A stretch of DNA of 64,000 nucleotides from NCBI RefSeq assembly GCF_964355755.1, contig NC_092678.1, positions 6,774,422 to 6,838,421 of the forward strand. Direction: 5' to 3'. The notes under the pieces are model-generated. The model was not told the origin of the DNA, searched no databases, and was given only the letters and a program-made list of their open reading frames with translations. Numbering within the stretch: the first letter of the stretch is position 1; every line of letters starts with the position of its first letter. A program made the translations under genes and the position numbers. The DNA comes from Antedon mediterranea. Taxonomy: Eukaryota; Animalia; Echinodermata. Of this stretch, positions 25,838 through 38,100 are shown piece after piece.

Positions 25838-28800
25838 ATGGCGTCGAGAACACCATTCGATCCGAAGGCCTGTGGTCTTGATGAAGATTTCAGGCTAACT
25901 CGATTCACTCAGCTGAAAGGATGAGGTTGCAAGGTCCCTCAGGAGGTACTGCTCAGCCTCCTGGAGGGCCTAGACAACGAAGGGGAGGGAGGGCTAAAGA
26001 AACCACCAACAGCTGGGAAAATTGGTAAGTATGATAATAATGGCATACCTATTGCATAAGCCTAGCATAATAAAACACTAGAATGTAAACTAAAATATGT
26101 GATTTACAATATAATTATTAATAATGTATGTATGGCAAATAATGCTACCAACCAAGTAAAAAAACAGCAACATGTTTATTGGCAAGCTTATATCTCCTAC
26201 AACGTCTAGAGTAGGTTTGTGGGACTTACTATTGCTTGACGCATAAGTAGAACTGGTCTTGCACAAATTGTACAACTAGGCCTACATTAAATAAGGATAG
26301 GTTATGCAAGAGGAAATGAGGTCAGATTTAGCAAACAATTGTTCAGCAACAGAGTTAATTGATTGGCATATTCTATACAATTACATAAACATTTTTTATT
26401 TATCCATAACTCTATTTTAATCTTGTAGGTATTGGAATGGACTCGGCTCTTATACCATTATCTATACCAGGTTTAAATTTAATTCAAACTACTGATTTCT
26501 TTTACCCACTAGTTGATGACCCTTTCATGCAGGTTCGTGCTTAAAACTCTGTCTACTGTACACTATCAATCTAGTTTGAAAAAAAAAAGTGATGTGCCCA
26601 AATATGGTAGTGGTACTGTATGCCCAAATATGGTTGATATGACATCATGTCATATCAGTTTGATAGGGTAGACAGAGGTTAACACATTCTATTATTCATT
26701 TCTAAGCCTAGTATCATTATATAGATGCATTATCCAGGCATGTACAGCTAGAGAAGTTTAGGGGCGAGTGTCAAAAAGTTATTGTGAGTGAAAACAAATT
26801 AGGCTGGGTGGAAGGCTTGCTTTAGAACACCTTATTCAGGGGAAACTTTCTCATGATACAATCAATAATTATTTAAACACCAAATTTATGAGGCAAATAT
26901 ATAACACAGTAGGTCTATTAATGGTGACTTATTTTCTTTTTCTCTCTGAAGCATGTATGGCAACTACTGTATACCTCTAATTTATGTACTTTTCCCTCCT
27001 TAAAATAGGGTAGAATTGCAGCAGCTAATGTTTTGAGTGACCTGTATGCCATGGGTACGACAAAATGCGACAATCTGCTCATGCTTTTAGGCATACCGAA
27101 GAAATTCAGCGAGAAACAACGCGACGTTGTCGTGCCATTAGTAATCAAGGGTTTTAAGGTAAGCATCACATGTGAAACAGTATATCAGGAAACTTTATGA
27201 AAAAATAGACAATAATAGAGGGTGCTATATAAATATGGCCTAGGCTTGAACTAATAATAATAAAAATGTATCCAAAACAATCAATCTCAAAATATTGAAT
27301 CATATAGTAGTTTATCATTTAATATTTAATGTAATGACTATACAAATATTTTAAATTTTTAATAATATATCTATCACTTCGAGGGTAAAACTACGACTGA
27401 TATTTTGTAGCGTTCTAAATGAAGAGGCCGTCATTCTATTTACGATATGTTTTAAAGATTTTAACTTTGCATTTGTTAAGACTTTCTAGGGTGGCCAATT
27501 TTGGGAGATGAATTATCATACAACCTCACCCCTCCCCAAAAAATGAAAATTGTGGGGTCAAAACATGCACCCTAAAACAAGTTTTTGAGTATCTAATATG
27601 AGAGGTGTCCACACACAAATGGTTCAACTGTATGTTTGCCTTTATTATAGGATGCAGCAGATGAGGCAGGAAGTCAGGTGACTGGAGGTCAAACTGTCAT
27701 TAACCCCTGGTTTCTTGTGGGAGGAGTTGCTACGGCAGTTTGCCACAAGGAGGAGTTTGTTATGTATGTCAACATTTATTTAATAAACAAAACATTGTAT
27801 TTTCCATTGCATTATCTTGTTGATATTTTATTACAGGCAATCTATAGAGGGTGCTGATCTATTTCAAATTACTGTAGGTGAAAGGTCGGCCGACAGGGAA
27901 TCCGATAAGATAGGAAAAGTGTATAAAATAAAATGATACTAAACTAAATTTTTGTATCTTAATTATTTATACATTGCCCAGGGAAGGAAGGCAATGGTTA
28001 CTCTCTAAGAATTCACACACAATGAAAATAATGAAGTTCAACTAATATAGCACAAAATGCCCAATGCTAAGTTCTCAACAATCAACACAAAAAATTATAT
28101 AAAAAAGAGCAATACCCAATTTTACAACAACCGATAGTTCCATGACATTTTTACAACCATTTTCCAATCAATGATATAATTGCCTTATTATTAAAAAAGA
28201 GCAAGAAAAGCGCTGAATGAAATAAAATTTATGTAAAATTTCATACAGAAACATTTGGAAATTTAACCAAGCCCAGATAAAACCAATTAAACAAACAAAT
28301 AGATAGATAGAGGGCTCTGTTCATATCCATGGAGTTACAATATTCAATGTACGATACCGTCCTGACAAATTGTTTATCTTTACAGTCACTCTTACTTACA
28401 AACGTATAATGAGTGTTAAACGATGAACCATATTGACACTAATTTTAGTGTTTATCGAATCGAAACGTTTGCTAAGATATCAAGAAGAGTTGTAAACAAA
28501 TTGGAGTGTAACGATAAGCGCTGCCCTGTGTTCGAACCAGGCTGAAATTTTGTCTCTGCGGTTTATAACTTAAATCCATTAATATACCCCTACTTTATAA
28601 ACAATTTGTAACCATTCGTATTTGAGATACAAAAAATACTATGGCTATGACTTTGAAGACAAAGTCACTACTACAGTAAACATATACTGTACATACAGCA
28701 TTGTTTCTTAAATATATATAAGATGAGATAAAAAAATATATAAAAATAATAATAATTTACCTTCATATTCTTTGATTGTTAACTCCAAAGTATATTAATT

Positions 28801-31800
28801 CCATAATAACATCCAAATCCAATTTTAAAAGGCAAAGAAAAATGACTTATTTGACTGCTGACTCCAAAACATAATATCCAATGGTAATAAATACAGTACA
28901 GTAATCCATTTCAAAATGTAGATAAAAACAAATAAATACACACTTTTTGACTGTTAAATCCAAAGCTTAATATTCCATGGTAATAACACATTGTTTTCAG
29001 TGTAAAACATAGTTAGTTTCTAGTTTATAAATCCAATTTAAAAGGCAAAGAAAGGCTGGCTTCAGTTCACTGGTAAAATGGTGGTGTCCCTACTTATTCA
29101 CTACAACAACAACTGAGCAAAAATCACAGCCAATTGTGTGAAATATGTGTATGCAAATGAGGATGCACCTTATGACTATTCATAAGGTAGATAGTTTTTA
29201 ATTAAACTGGATGTACTGTTTTTGTATCATTTATTCTAAATGTTTATGTGTTAACTTAGCATTTTAAGACATAGTGAAATGTAGTCATAGAAGAATAAGA
29301 TTAATTTTGTAATACAGTTTTATTCATGTTATTTATGACCTTTGTTTATGAAGTCATGTTATTTTATGACATTTGTTTAAAAAAAAATTCCTTGCATTTA
29401 ATACCACATACATGACAGCCAAATATCATCGGTATTCCTTATATAATATATAAAAAATTAATGAATTGAATATTACATTGATTTTAATAGACATTTATTC
29501 TAATTATGGATTAATTATATAGAACCACTATGAAGGGAACACCTCAAAGACCCAAACAAGGGTATAAAAGAAACTGACAGTTTTCCTTATTTTTTTTATC
29601 TTAAAACACCATTAATAGTATAAAAAAATCATTTAAAAATTATATTAATTAAATACAGTAGAATCCCTATTAAGGGAACACCTTTGGAACGTTAATAATC
29701 GTGCACCCTGGGTTGGCAGTGCTAAGGCATATTTCCACTCATTCCACTGAATAGGTGTTGGCTTTAGTACTAAGACATATAATTATCTCTACCCACTGCT
29801 TTGGTGGGCTCGAATCTAACATCTGACCAATTAAAATATTGTAAGTAATTTTTCCAAATATCATTATATAATGAACTGTTAATTTCTTCAATCAATATAT
29901 TAAATTTCTTTTATCATAAAATTCTTCTTCATCAGGCCAGACAAGGCACAAGCTGGAGATGTTCTGATCCTGACCAAACCTCTTGGCACACAGATAGCAG
30001 TGAATGCCCACCAGTGGCTTGAGGAACCAGACAGATGGCAAAAGATCAAAGATGTCGTCACAGAGGAGGAGGTAGAATGCGCTTACCAGGAAGCCATGTT
30101 TAACATGGCATCTCTTAACAAGAATGGTAAGGTTCTTGGAAACAAGTTCATTAGAATAAATGAGGTAGATCTAGGAGGCTAGCCTACTTGCTAAATTAAG
30201 CTCAGATTTGGATGAAAGCAACACGTTTCTAAAGCTCTGTCCACAATATCAAACTTTATGTGAAACAAGCACGAATGTGCAATACTCGGGGTACAGCGAA
30301 AGAAGCTGTATACAGACACAGTATACAGTTATTTCACCATAAAGTTAAAGAAAAATAGGTTTCGCCAGGGCTCGAACCGGTTCCTTCTGCGTGTTAAGCA
30401 GACTTGACAACCACTACACTACGAAACCTACTTACACTAAAAATGTGGGTTACAGAAAGTTTTTTAATCCATTTAAATTACAAATAAATATGGTAATAAG
30501 CACAAAGCAAAATAAACATGTGTAAAAGTGATAATTACCGATTACGCAAAATAAGTATTTTAAAAAATAATAAAAATAAGATATACTGTGTATAATTATC
30601 ATATTGCGTATACAGTACTTTTCACCATAAAGTTTTAAAAAAAGGTTTCGCCCGGGCTCGAACCAGGTACCTTCTGCGTGTTAAGCAAACGTGATAACCA
30701 CTACGCCAAGAAGCCGCATATAACTACATAACCCTGTGGTGTGTGTCACACATTGTGGCTTTTTAATTAAACAAATTAATTAACAAATAAGCACGAATGT
30801 GCGATACTCGGTGTACAGCAAATGAAGCTGTAATGACGTCATAAGACGGGATGTGACGTCACATACACATCAATAACCTACCAAATACGGCTATATGGTA
30901 CCATCTTCGAGACGTCTTATGGCTGCATCTGGTTTGAAAATGAAAAATCCGGCTCTATAGCTTTGAGGACATGTGCCTTTAGTATATTCATGCGAAATCC
31001 CAGCTCAATACTACAACGAATAAGGGAGGAGTAGTACTTTGAAAATCGCACTTTTTACTCAATAGTGTCCAGATGGAGGAGAAGGAGAAAATGAGTAAGT
31101 CCTAGACTCGGGTACCCCGAGTAAAAAAATGTGATGTGCCCATATATGGACATGGTGATGTCATATCACTACTACTCTAGCCATATCATACTTTTTTGTC
31201 AAACTAGTTTGATAGTGTGAACAGAGCTTAACGCTCTCTTGCTGTCCTGCTGCCCTCCAAATGGCACTTCACAAAGACATGGGCTGCATGAATCCAGAAC
31301 TACACATTTAAAAAGATGCTCTGGGTTCTTTTAAGTCCACAACAGCTACAGAAAAATTGTAGGGGCCTACATTGACCTCCAGAAAAATGTATTCATTCAC
31401 AGCTGTGCATAAGGAGAGTCTACAACCTATGGTGATTTTGATGATTGTACTGCCAAACTCATCAAGTAGAGTAACATACGATACGATAATATTTATTGTC
31501 ATTTAAACAACATAAAATGTCATTGGTTGAAAAATACGATATATAAAGAATCGTAACCAGTGATTCTAAAGTGTTCTTCCAAACTTACTGTTAAATCAGG
31601 GAGGAGTTAAATTACTGAGTAACTCTTCCCTGGTTAAATGATTGTCTGCAGCATTTAGTGTTTTGATTCAGAGTGATCGGTCTCTTTCAAAAGAGATTCA
31701 AGGTCTTTTCCGATACTTTTATTTGCCCACTTTTGTCCTGTCCTATGTAATATGTTCTTTCAACAACAAAAAAACGCATTCCCCATCTAATATTTCTAAA

Positions 31801-32813
31801 CATTTTGTCGCAAATTTTATTAAAATGCATATTTTTCCAGCTGCGAGCCTCATGAAGAAGTTCAACTCACACGCTGCGACAGACGTGACCGGCTTTGGGA
31901 TTCTTGGACATGCAAACAACCTAGCAACACATCAGTCACAGAAATTAAAATTTGTGATTGATAGGCTACCAATCATTGCGAAAATGACCGATACGGCCAA
32001 AGCGTGTGGCATTAAGTTTCAACTCCTACAAGGTTACTCAGCCGAAACCTCAGGTGAGGATGGAATTAACCTGGAAGTTTGTATATACTATTCAACGAAC
32101 TGAGTAGAATAGACCAGTCCGTCTTTCAACGAATGGAAATATTATCTCCTTTCCACAGTGCAGCACCTACTGTACCACAAACGACAGTGCATACAAGCCA
32201 GATGTGTAAAACCAGAATTAGGTCCAAGGAGATGCTGCGCCCCTACCTTAAAGATGCATTGTCCCCCAAAAACATGAAAAAAAAAAGGTCACAATTAAAT
32301 CAGACTTTGAATATGTTATTTTGTGGTTTTAAAAAAGTTAATCACTTCCATAGAAAAAAAAAATGTTTTCACCTACAAATTGATTAAATAAATGGTTAAA
32401 TTCAACCAAAAACCCACTGGCTGGCAGCCAATTTGGCCATTTTTTGCTTTAAATTACAGTTTTTTCAGATAAATACATTTTTTTTCGGTCCAATTTTTGG
32501 TCAAAGTGGATAACTATTATGTTACATTAAAATGGCATATTCAACAAAAATGTTAAGAATTATTTTTTCAGGGGGACAATACATCTTTAACAATTCAGCC
32601 AACTTATTTTACTAACATATATTAATTATTTTTCAAATAGGTGGCCTTTTGATAGCTATGCCAGCAGCAGATGCTGATGGGTTTTTAAGGGAATTTGAGC
32701 AATTAAGTGGCAACTCAGCCTGGATCATAGGGAGTGTAGAAAGCACAACTGAACCCGGAGCAGTGATCACCGACGGTCCACAAATAATTGAAGTAAAAAC
32801 TAAAATACACTAA
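25838..32813 (+). CDS. SEPHS2: Selenide, water dikinase (selenophosphate synthetase), selenocysteine-containing SPS2 type
   Basis: 7 exons: 25838-26024, 26429-26532, 27009-27158, 27651-27763, 29936-30126, 31841-32053, 32641-32813. Motifs [18 protein letters not shown] (TGA 25922-25924), [61 protein letters not shown]. Confidence 0.95.
25932..25971 (+). promoter_or_regulatory. Sec redefinition element (SRE)-like hairpin 3' of the Sec UGA
   Basis: AGG(T)CCCTC-AGGAGG...CCTCCT(G)GAGGG-CCT gives 14 Watson-Crick pairs starting 7 nt after the TGA. Confidence 0.7.
30358..30428 (-). tRNA. tRNA-Val(AAC)-like, probably pseudogene
   Basis: GGTTTCG/CGAAACC acceptor stem, TCTGC-TTAACAC-GCAGA anticodon arm, GGTTCGAGCC B box, T-run downstream; D and T stems imperfect. 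Confidence 0.6.
30644..30715 (-). tRNA. tRNA-Val(AAC)-like, probably pseudogene
   Basis: TGGCGTAGTGGTTATCACG, TTTGC-TTAACAC-GCAGA, CCTGGTTCGAGCCCGGG, T7 terminator; acceptor stem has mismatches. Confidence 0.55.
32252..32586. mobile_element. Kolobok-like non-autonomous DNA transposon
   Basis: TTAA|AGATGCATTGTCCCCC...GGGGGACAATACATCT|TTAA; inverted sister at 57078-57430. Confidence 0.75.
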
Positions 32814-33661
32814 ATACTGTATGTTAAGATTAAGTGCAAATCTATGAGAAACTCATACTTATTTTCTTATAAAATACAAATCAAATATTATTTTTTGCAG
32901 AAATACAGTAGAACCTCTCCATTGGAAACCCCTATTTAGGGTACACTTTCATTAAAGGGTCACTTTGTGTGGTCCAAAGGTGTCCCCCCTAATGCGAGTT
33001 CTGTACCTTATAATGTACGATAATATTTTGACCATTATGTGCTGTTAATTTGTAAGGGACTGTATGATAATTACTGCAATAAAACCTTTTTTTGTGTGGT
33101 AATCACCCACACTGTATCAAAAATTTAGTTATAGCAGTAAGTGCAGTAAAATATTTTTGAACATTTTAAAATTCATAATCATTATTAATATTAGTAATTA
33201 ATATAAAATGTTGCCATTTTGATCATGCGATATAAATGTAAGGGATTCAAATTAATTATGTTTATTAAATCATTGTATGAAAAAATTGTGCAACAACTTT
33301 TGTTTTCATGACGATCCATGCTCCTACGAAGCTATTGAGTCTAATAGTCATTCTCATGTTTCAATGACTTTTTGACTCAACAGTTGAGTTGTTACGTGGC
33401 TTGTCACGACAAACAAAGGTGGCTACTGATAAAACGTACACAAAAAAAATGTTTTCATTTTTTTGGAAAAAATAATTTATGAATACTGATCATTTATGTT
33501 TAACTGTTTACCAAAATATATTAAATATTAATTTATGAATCAGTATTAATTGTTATACAATATTAATACTTTCTGTTTTTAGTTTCCCTTATCTTGTAAA
33601 AATTGAGCAGTTTACATAATTTGGGAAAATCCTAAATTAACATGGATTTGTCTGTACTTTT

Positions 33662-33730
33662 GAATATATTACGGATGATATTCCGTCAGGAAGTCAAATA
33701 TGAACTGATGGAATGGATGGTGGAATATTT
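33662..33730 (+). promoter_or_regulatory. SECIS element (type 2-like) in the SEPHS2 3'UTR
   Basis: ATGA 33675-33678; helix TATTCCGTCAG/CTGATGGAATG; unpaired AA 33691-33692 with TCA/TGA mini-stem; GA 33716-33717; lower helix; AATAAA at 33763. Confidence 0.85.
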
Positions 33731-34046
33731 CTTGGTAACCATTTCCATGTTCAGGAAGTATAAATAAATAACAAATGGTTTTTAATAATTAAAAAAAAAT
33801 TAAATATTATGTTGGTTATATGAAAAGAAGTACTATATGAATACATTTTGTAAAGATATCGTTTCTCAATTTTTTATTTTGTCTGCAATACAAATTGAAT
33901 AAATCCGGGTGATGCTCATCAAATTCTGACCACTGACCACTGACCACGAAAGACAAATGAGAAAAAGCAAATGATATATATATGGCCGACTTCTGTCGTA
34001 AATGACAATGTCAACTAGTCTTGCATTCATCTGAATGATGACTATT

Positions 34047-34326
34047 AAGCCAGGACTGTTTAAAGCACCTTTAGTTGGTCCCAACATTGACCAAGGGCTT
34101 CTCTCGTCCAGTGCCCACCTTCACCAGAGGAGAGGCATAAGCCAATATGTCTGAGGCAGATACTAGAGTCAGCAGTGCTGATTTCAAATGCCTAACGGTA
34201 CCCCAGCTCCATATACAGCACCCGGTATTCCCAGATGGTCTCCTATCCAAGCTCTAACCAGGCCAAACGTTGCTTAACTTTGGTGATCTGACAAGAACTG
34301 GTGTTTCAACGTGGTATAGGTCGTAT
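34047..34326 (-). mobile_element. 5S rRNA-derived SINE (SINE3-like); 5S head ~34213-34326
   Basis: Minus strand ATACGACCTATACCACGTTGAAACACC...AGTTAAGCAACG...TGGGAATACCGGGTGCTGTA resembles metazoan 5S rRNA and is fused to a ~165-bp body shared with 36308-36586. Confidence 0.75.
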
Positions 34327-35120
34327 AGTCTGTTATACAGTATTCAATTAGGGCATTGTATATCGCCCATGATTTAGGGCAACATAACGTGGTATAGGTC
34401 GTATGTAAAAGCAGGACAGTTGATTAAAACGGTACTAATGCCAATTTACTTTCAAATTTGTTTTCACTAGGAGACAAACCACACGTTTTACCTTTAACTT
34501 GATAGCAACAATTCTTGTTAGATCCAATTAGTTTGATTGTCACTATTCATTACCAGATCATTTACACAGCTACATGAGTTCCAAGTTTGTAATGTATATT
34601 TTTTTTTATCTTTTAAAAATTACAGACCCACGGCAGTTTTACTGAATATTAAAACAGCAAAAAATTATATATTAATAGTAGAAAAGATTTTTAATAAACA
34701 TAAAATATCTATACATCAGTTTCTTTATTAAAACATTATAAATAAACTGTCTATATACAAGCAAAATATCAACATCCTGCCATGATTTAATTGATCGAAA
34801 TAACGGCTAAAATTGTTTATAAACAACTGAAATTTTTATAAATTTTAAAATGTATCTCTAAACCTGCCAACATAAATTAATGTCATTTATTCAATACAAA
34901 TTCTTTCTAGAAAAGTAGAAAAAGATCCGATTATGTTAGAAATAAATTTTATTCTGGTAAATCATCAACATCATTGATATGCCTTCCAACTTCCTGCCTT
35001 CTGGAAAGTACTGTAAATGTAAATCATTTGATTTGCAATGGCCTTCCGAAGATTTATACTAGTGCAACAGCTAGGTCTTTATTGTTGTTACTCCTTGTGC
35101 ATTGGTTGAGTTATTTACAG

Positions 35121-38100
35121 CTATTTTTTCTTCCAGAGAAAGAAGTTACACCTAGCCTCTGGATTAGATTTATGGCCTTCTGGTCTGGCACAAACATAGA
35201 ACTGTTTACCATAGTTAGGCCCAGCCTTTCTTACTGTTCTCATCACGCAATCCTCACTGTGTCCTTTGCACTTTGGAGGTGGCAGTGGCCCTGAAAATAA
35301 CGTTTTCCACGAAGAAGTTAACTTAGGTTTTTCTTTCACACTGTCTGATTCTTCAACTGATGTACTACTACTTTGACTCGACGACTGTGAGCAGTCTTCT
35401 TTCCCTGCTGTTTCTGAACATTTGGAGAGCTGTGATCCTTCTAAGGAATCATTTTCCCGCTCTTTATCTAGATCATCTTTTCCTGTCATCAGTTCTTTAT
35501 CAGGACTTAATCGATTGACTGTACTTGGCTTACTAAAAAAATTCAACAAATTCCCTTTGGTGTTATTAGATTTAAATTTCTTATTTTTATTACCATTTGG
35601 TGTTCCTGTCCTCTTAAGACCACTGACTGATTTATTGACTGATTTATTGTCTGATTTAAAAATTGGCGGAATTGTTGGTTTTTTGCTTGGCGATAGTTTT
35701 GTAAAAAAACTTGATAACTTTTGTTGTTTTCCGCTAAACTCCGGCATAAGTTTTGCACAAAGAGGTGGCAGTTTCTCAGACGGAACACATGTGCATTTGA
35801 GTTCCGCTGTAACTGGACAATGATCAGAACCTTCAACCTCTGGCATGATGTCACAACTGGAGACCTGTGTTTTCAGAAGCTCGACATCAGCAAATATAAA
35901 ATCAATTCTTGTTCCATAATTTGTCTCCCTAGCACTTGTTAAAGTTCTCCAACATGTAAATGCATGCGTCCTTGTTGGGTGTAAGTAACGGAAGGTATCA
36001 ACAAACAGCTTTTCTGATTGCTCGGTTATTGAGTCATTTTCATCATTATCACTATCTCCACCAATTGCCTGCTTCGTTTCATCTGTTGCAGTTTCATGTA
36101 GATCAACTAGGAAACGGTCCAGCCACTTTCTCCCGGGATGGCACATAAAGTATTCCTGTAAATTACAGGTATTAGTATCAGAATTAGTAAAGTTCAAACG
36201 CAATATAAAACCACTACCACTATTTCTAGGCAACTCTTATTTATTTTTATTTTATTAAATTGAAACCAACAGAGATAATTACCGTCACTAACAGGTTTGA
36301 TACAAACAAAGCCCAGACTGTTTAAAGCACCTTGATTGGTCCAAACATTGATCAAGGGCTTCTCTCGTCCAGTGCCCACCTTGCAAGGCAATTATGTCTG
36401 AGGCAGATACTAGATGCAGGGGCTGCCATAAGAGTCAGCAATGAATGCTGATTTCAAATGCCTAACGAGACCCCAGCTCCAAATACAGCACCCGATATTC
36501 CCAGATGGTCTCCCATCCAAGCTCTAACCAGGCCCAACGTTGCTTAACTTTGGTGATCTGACGAGAACCGGTGTTTCAACATGGTAAATTGGTGTTGTGA
36601 CACTAGCTGACCATTCTACTGTTTGAATCTACGTTTTTGAATTTATGGAGTTTATGGAGGCACAAGGTATTTTTGAGAAGCAAAAAAAAAAAATCCCAAA
36701 ACAGTACAACAGGAATTTTGACAGCACAAGTCACAGATGAAAAGTGAGGGGGACAAATCCTTCCTAAATAGATTATACACACACTCAAGACTATCCACAA
36801 TTAAAGAAACAAAATGACTGTTTTATTTTGTGTGTTTTTGTAATAGTAAATTAAAAATTGTACTTTTGTTAGTAGTTTAAGTGAACGCACCTTTATTTAT
36901 AAAGATAGATATAAAAGCGTATGTTCAATAAATTATTATTATTATTACTTTTTTATTTTATCAAGAACATTATACATTGTTTGTTTACACAATTTGAATA
37001 TTGTGTTTACTCAACCATACTATATACATTTTGATTGGAGGTGTCCTCATTTGGTCACCTTAATAAAGGAAATTAGGGTCCTTCTTGTTCAAGGAAAAAG
37101 GAGGAGAAAGAAGGATGCTTTAAGCTTTTTCCCTGTACTAAATCACCCAAGTTTTGTATAATGTTTCTGGCGTTTTTTTTTCTAAGCGCGAGCGTGTAGG
37201 CTTAAATTAAGTCATAGGATATTTTATCATTTTTTAAAAGATATTAATTGATATTGATTGACTTGTGATTGAGAATGAAATTCACTAAAGCTCTGTCTAC
37301 ACTATCAAATTTTATGTGAAAAAATCATGATATCATATTACTATCATATTTGGGTATATCAATACTATTACTATATTTGGGTATTACCCAAATATAGTAA
37401 TACAGGTATTTATATCACTACCATATTTGGGTATATTGACTACCACCATATGGGCACATCATACTTAATTTGTCCAACTAGTTTAATAGTGTATGACAGA
37501 GCTTAAGAAAAAAAAATGGTAGCATACCTCATCTTGTGGGTCACAATGATCAATGGGGCGATGGCAAGAGTTGATATCGCCAACAATTACAACATGCCTG
37601 TAAAAAAAAAGAATAAATTTAGCATGTTTGAGAGACACATGCATTTAATATGCAAATGCAATCATTTGTTGCACACTGTGTGAACATAGAATTGCTAAGA
37701 ACTATTGCTAACCTGCAGTGTAGCGCTTATATAGAAAGCATGCTCAAAATAAAATAGAAAAGTTTTCATCCTAGAACTATTAGGATAACGTAACCAGTTT
37801 TATGTTGCCTAAACTGTATTGTGCCCAAATATGGTGGTGTATGCTTAAATATGGTAGTGATATGGCATCATCATGTCCATATATGGGCACATCACATTGT
37901 TTTGTCACATAAAGTTTGATAGTGTAGACAGAGCCTATAGTCCCTCGATTTGATTGTTCTTATTTATATGTATTGATCATCATTTGATTGGTTAAAAGAC
38001 AGCATAATTAATGGTTATCCTCGAGTTCTAGAATTAAAAACTAATTTCTTTTGTTTTATGTACGATTGTATGTTTAATTACTTATTGTTACATCATCTTC

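Larger units (their letters stand above)
30264..31123 (-). mobile_element. Helentron-like non-autonomous element nested in MITE family A
   Basis: Terminal palindrome ACTCGGGTACCCCGAGTA (31106-31123); subTIR TACTCGGGGTAC plus hairpin GCAC-gaat-GTGC at ~30269-30294, repeated at ~30791-30816; MITE A sequence resumes on both sides. Confidence 0.6.

Noticed and set aside
25922-25924. In-frame stop suggesting a SEPHS pseudogene
   Set aside because: It falls at the Sec position; all other exons are intact and a SECIS is present
33307-33345. Second SECIS starting at ATGAC
   Set aside because: No correctly spaced apical AA or opposing GA quartet; reported as a generic hairpin instead
34213-34326. 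Functional 5S rRNA gene
   Set aside because: Diverged ends, no T-run terminator, fused to a shared repeat body; treated as a SINE3 head
35422-35823. Antisense ORFs over APEX2 exon 6, and similar ones over HSP90B1 exons
   Set aside because: Shadow ORFs of real coding exons
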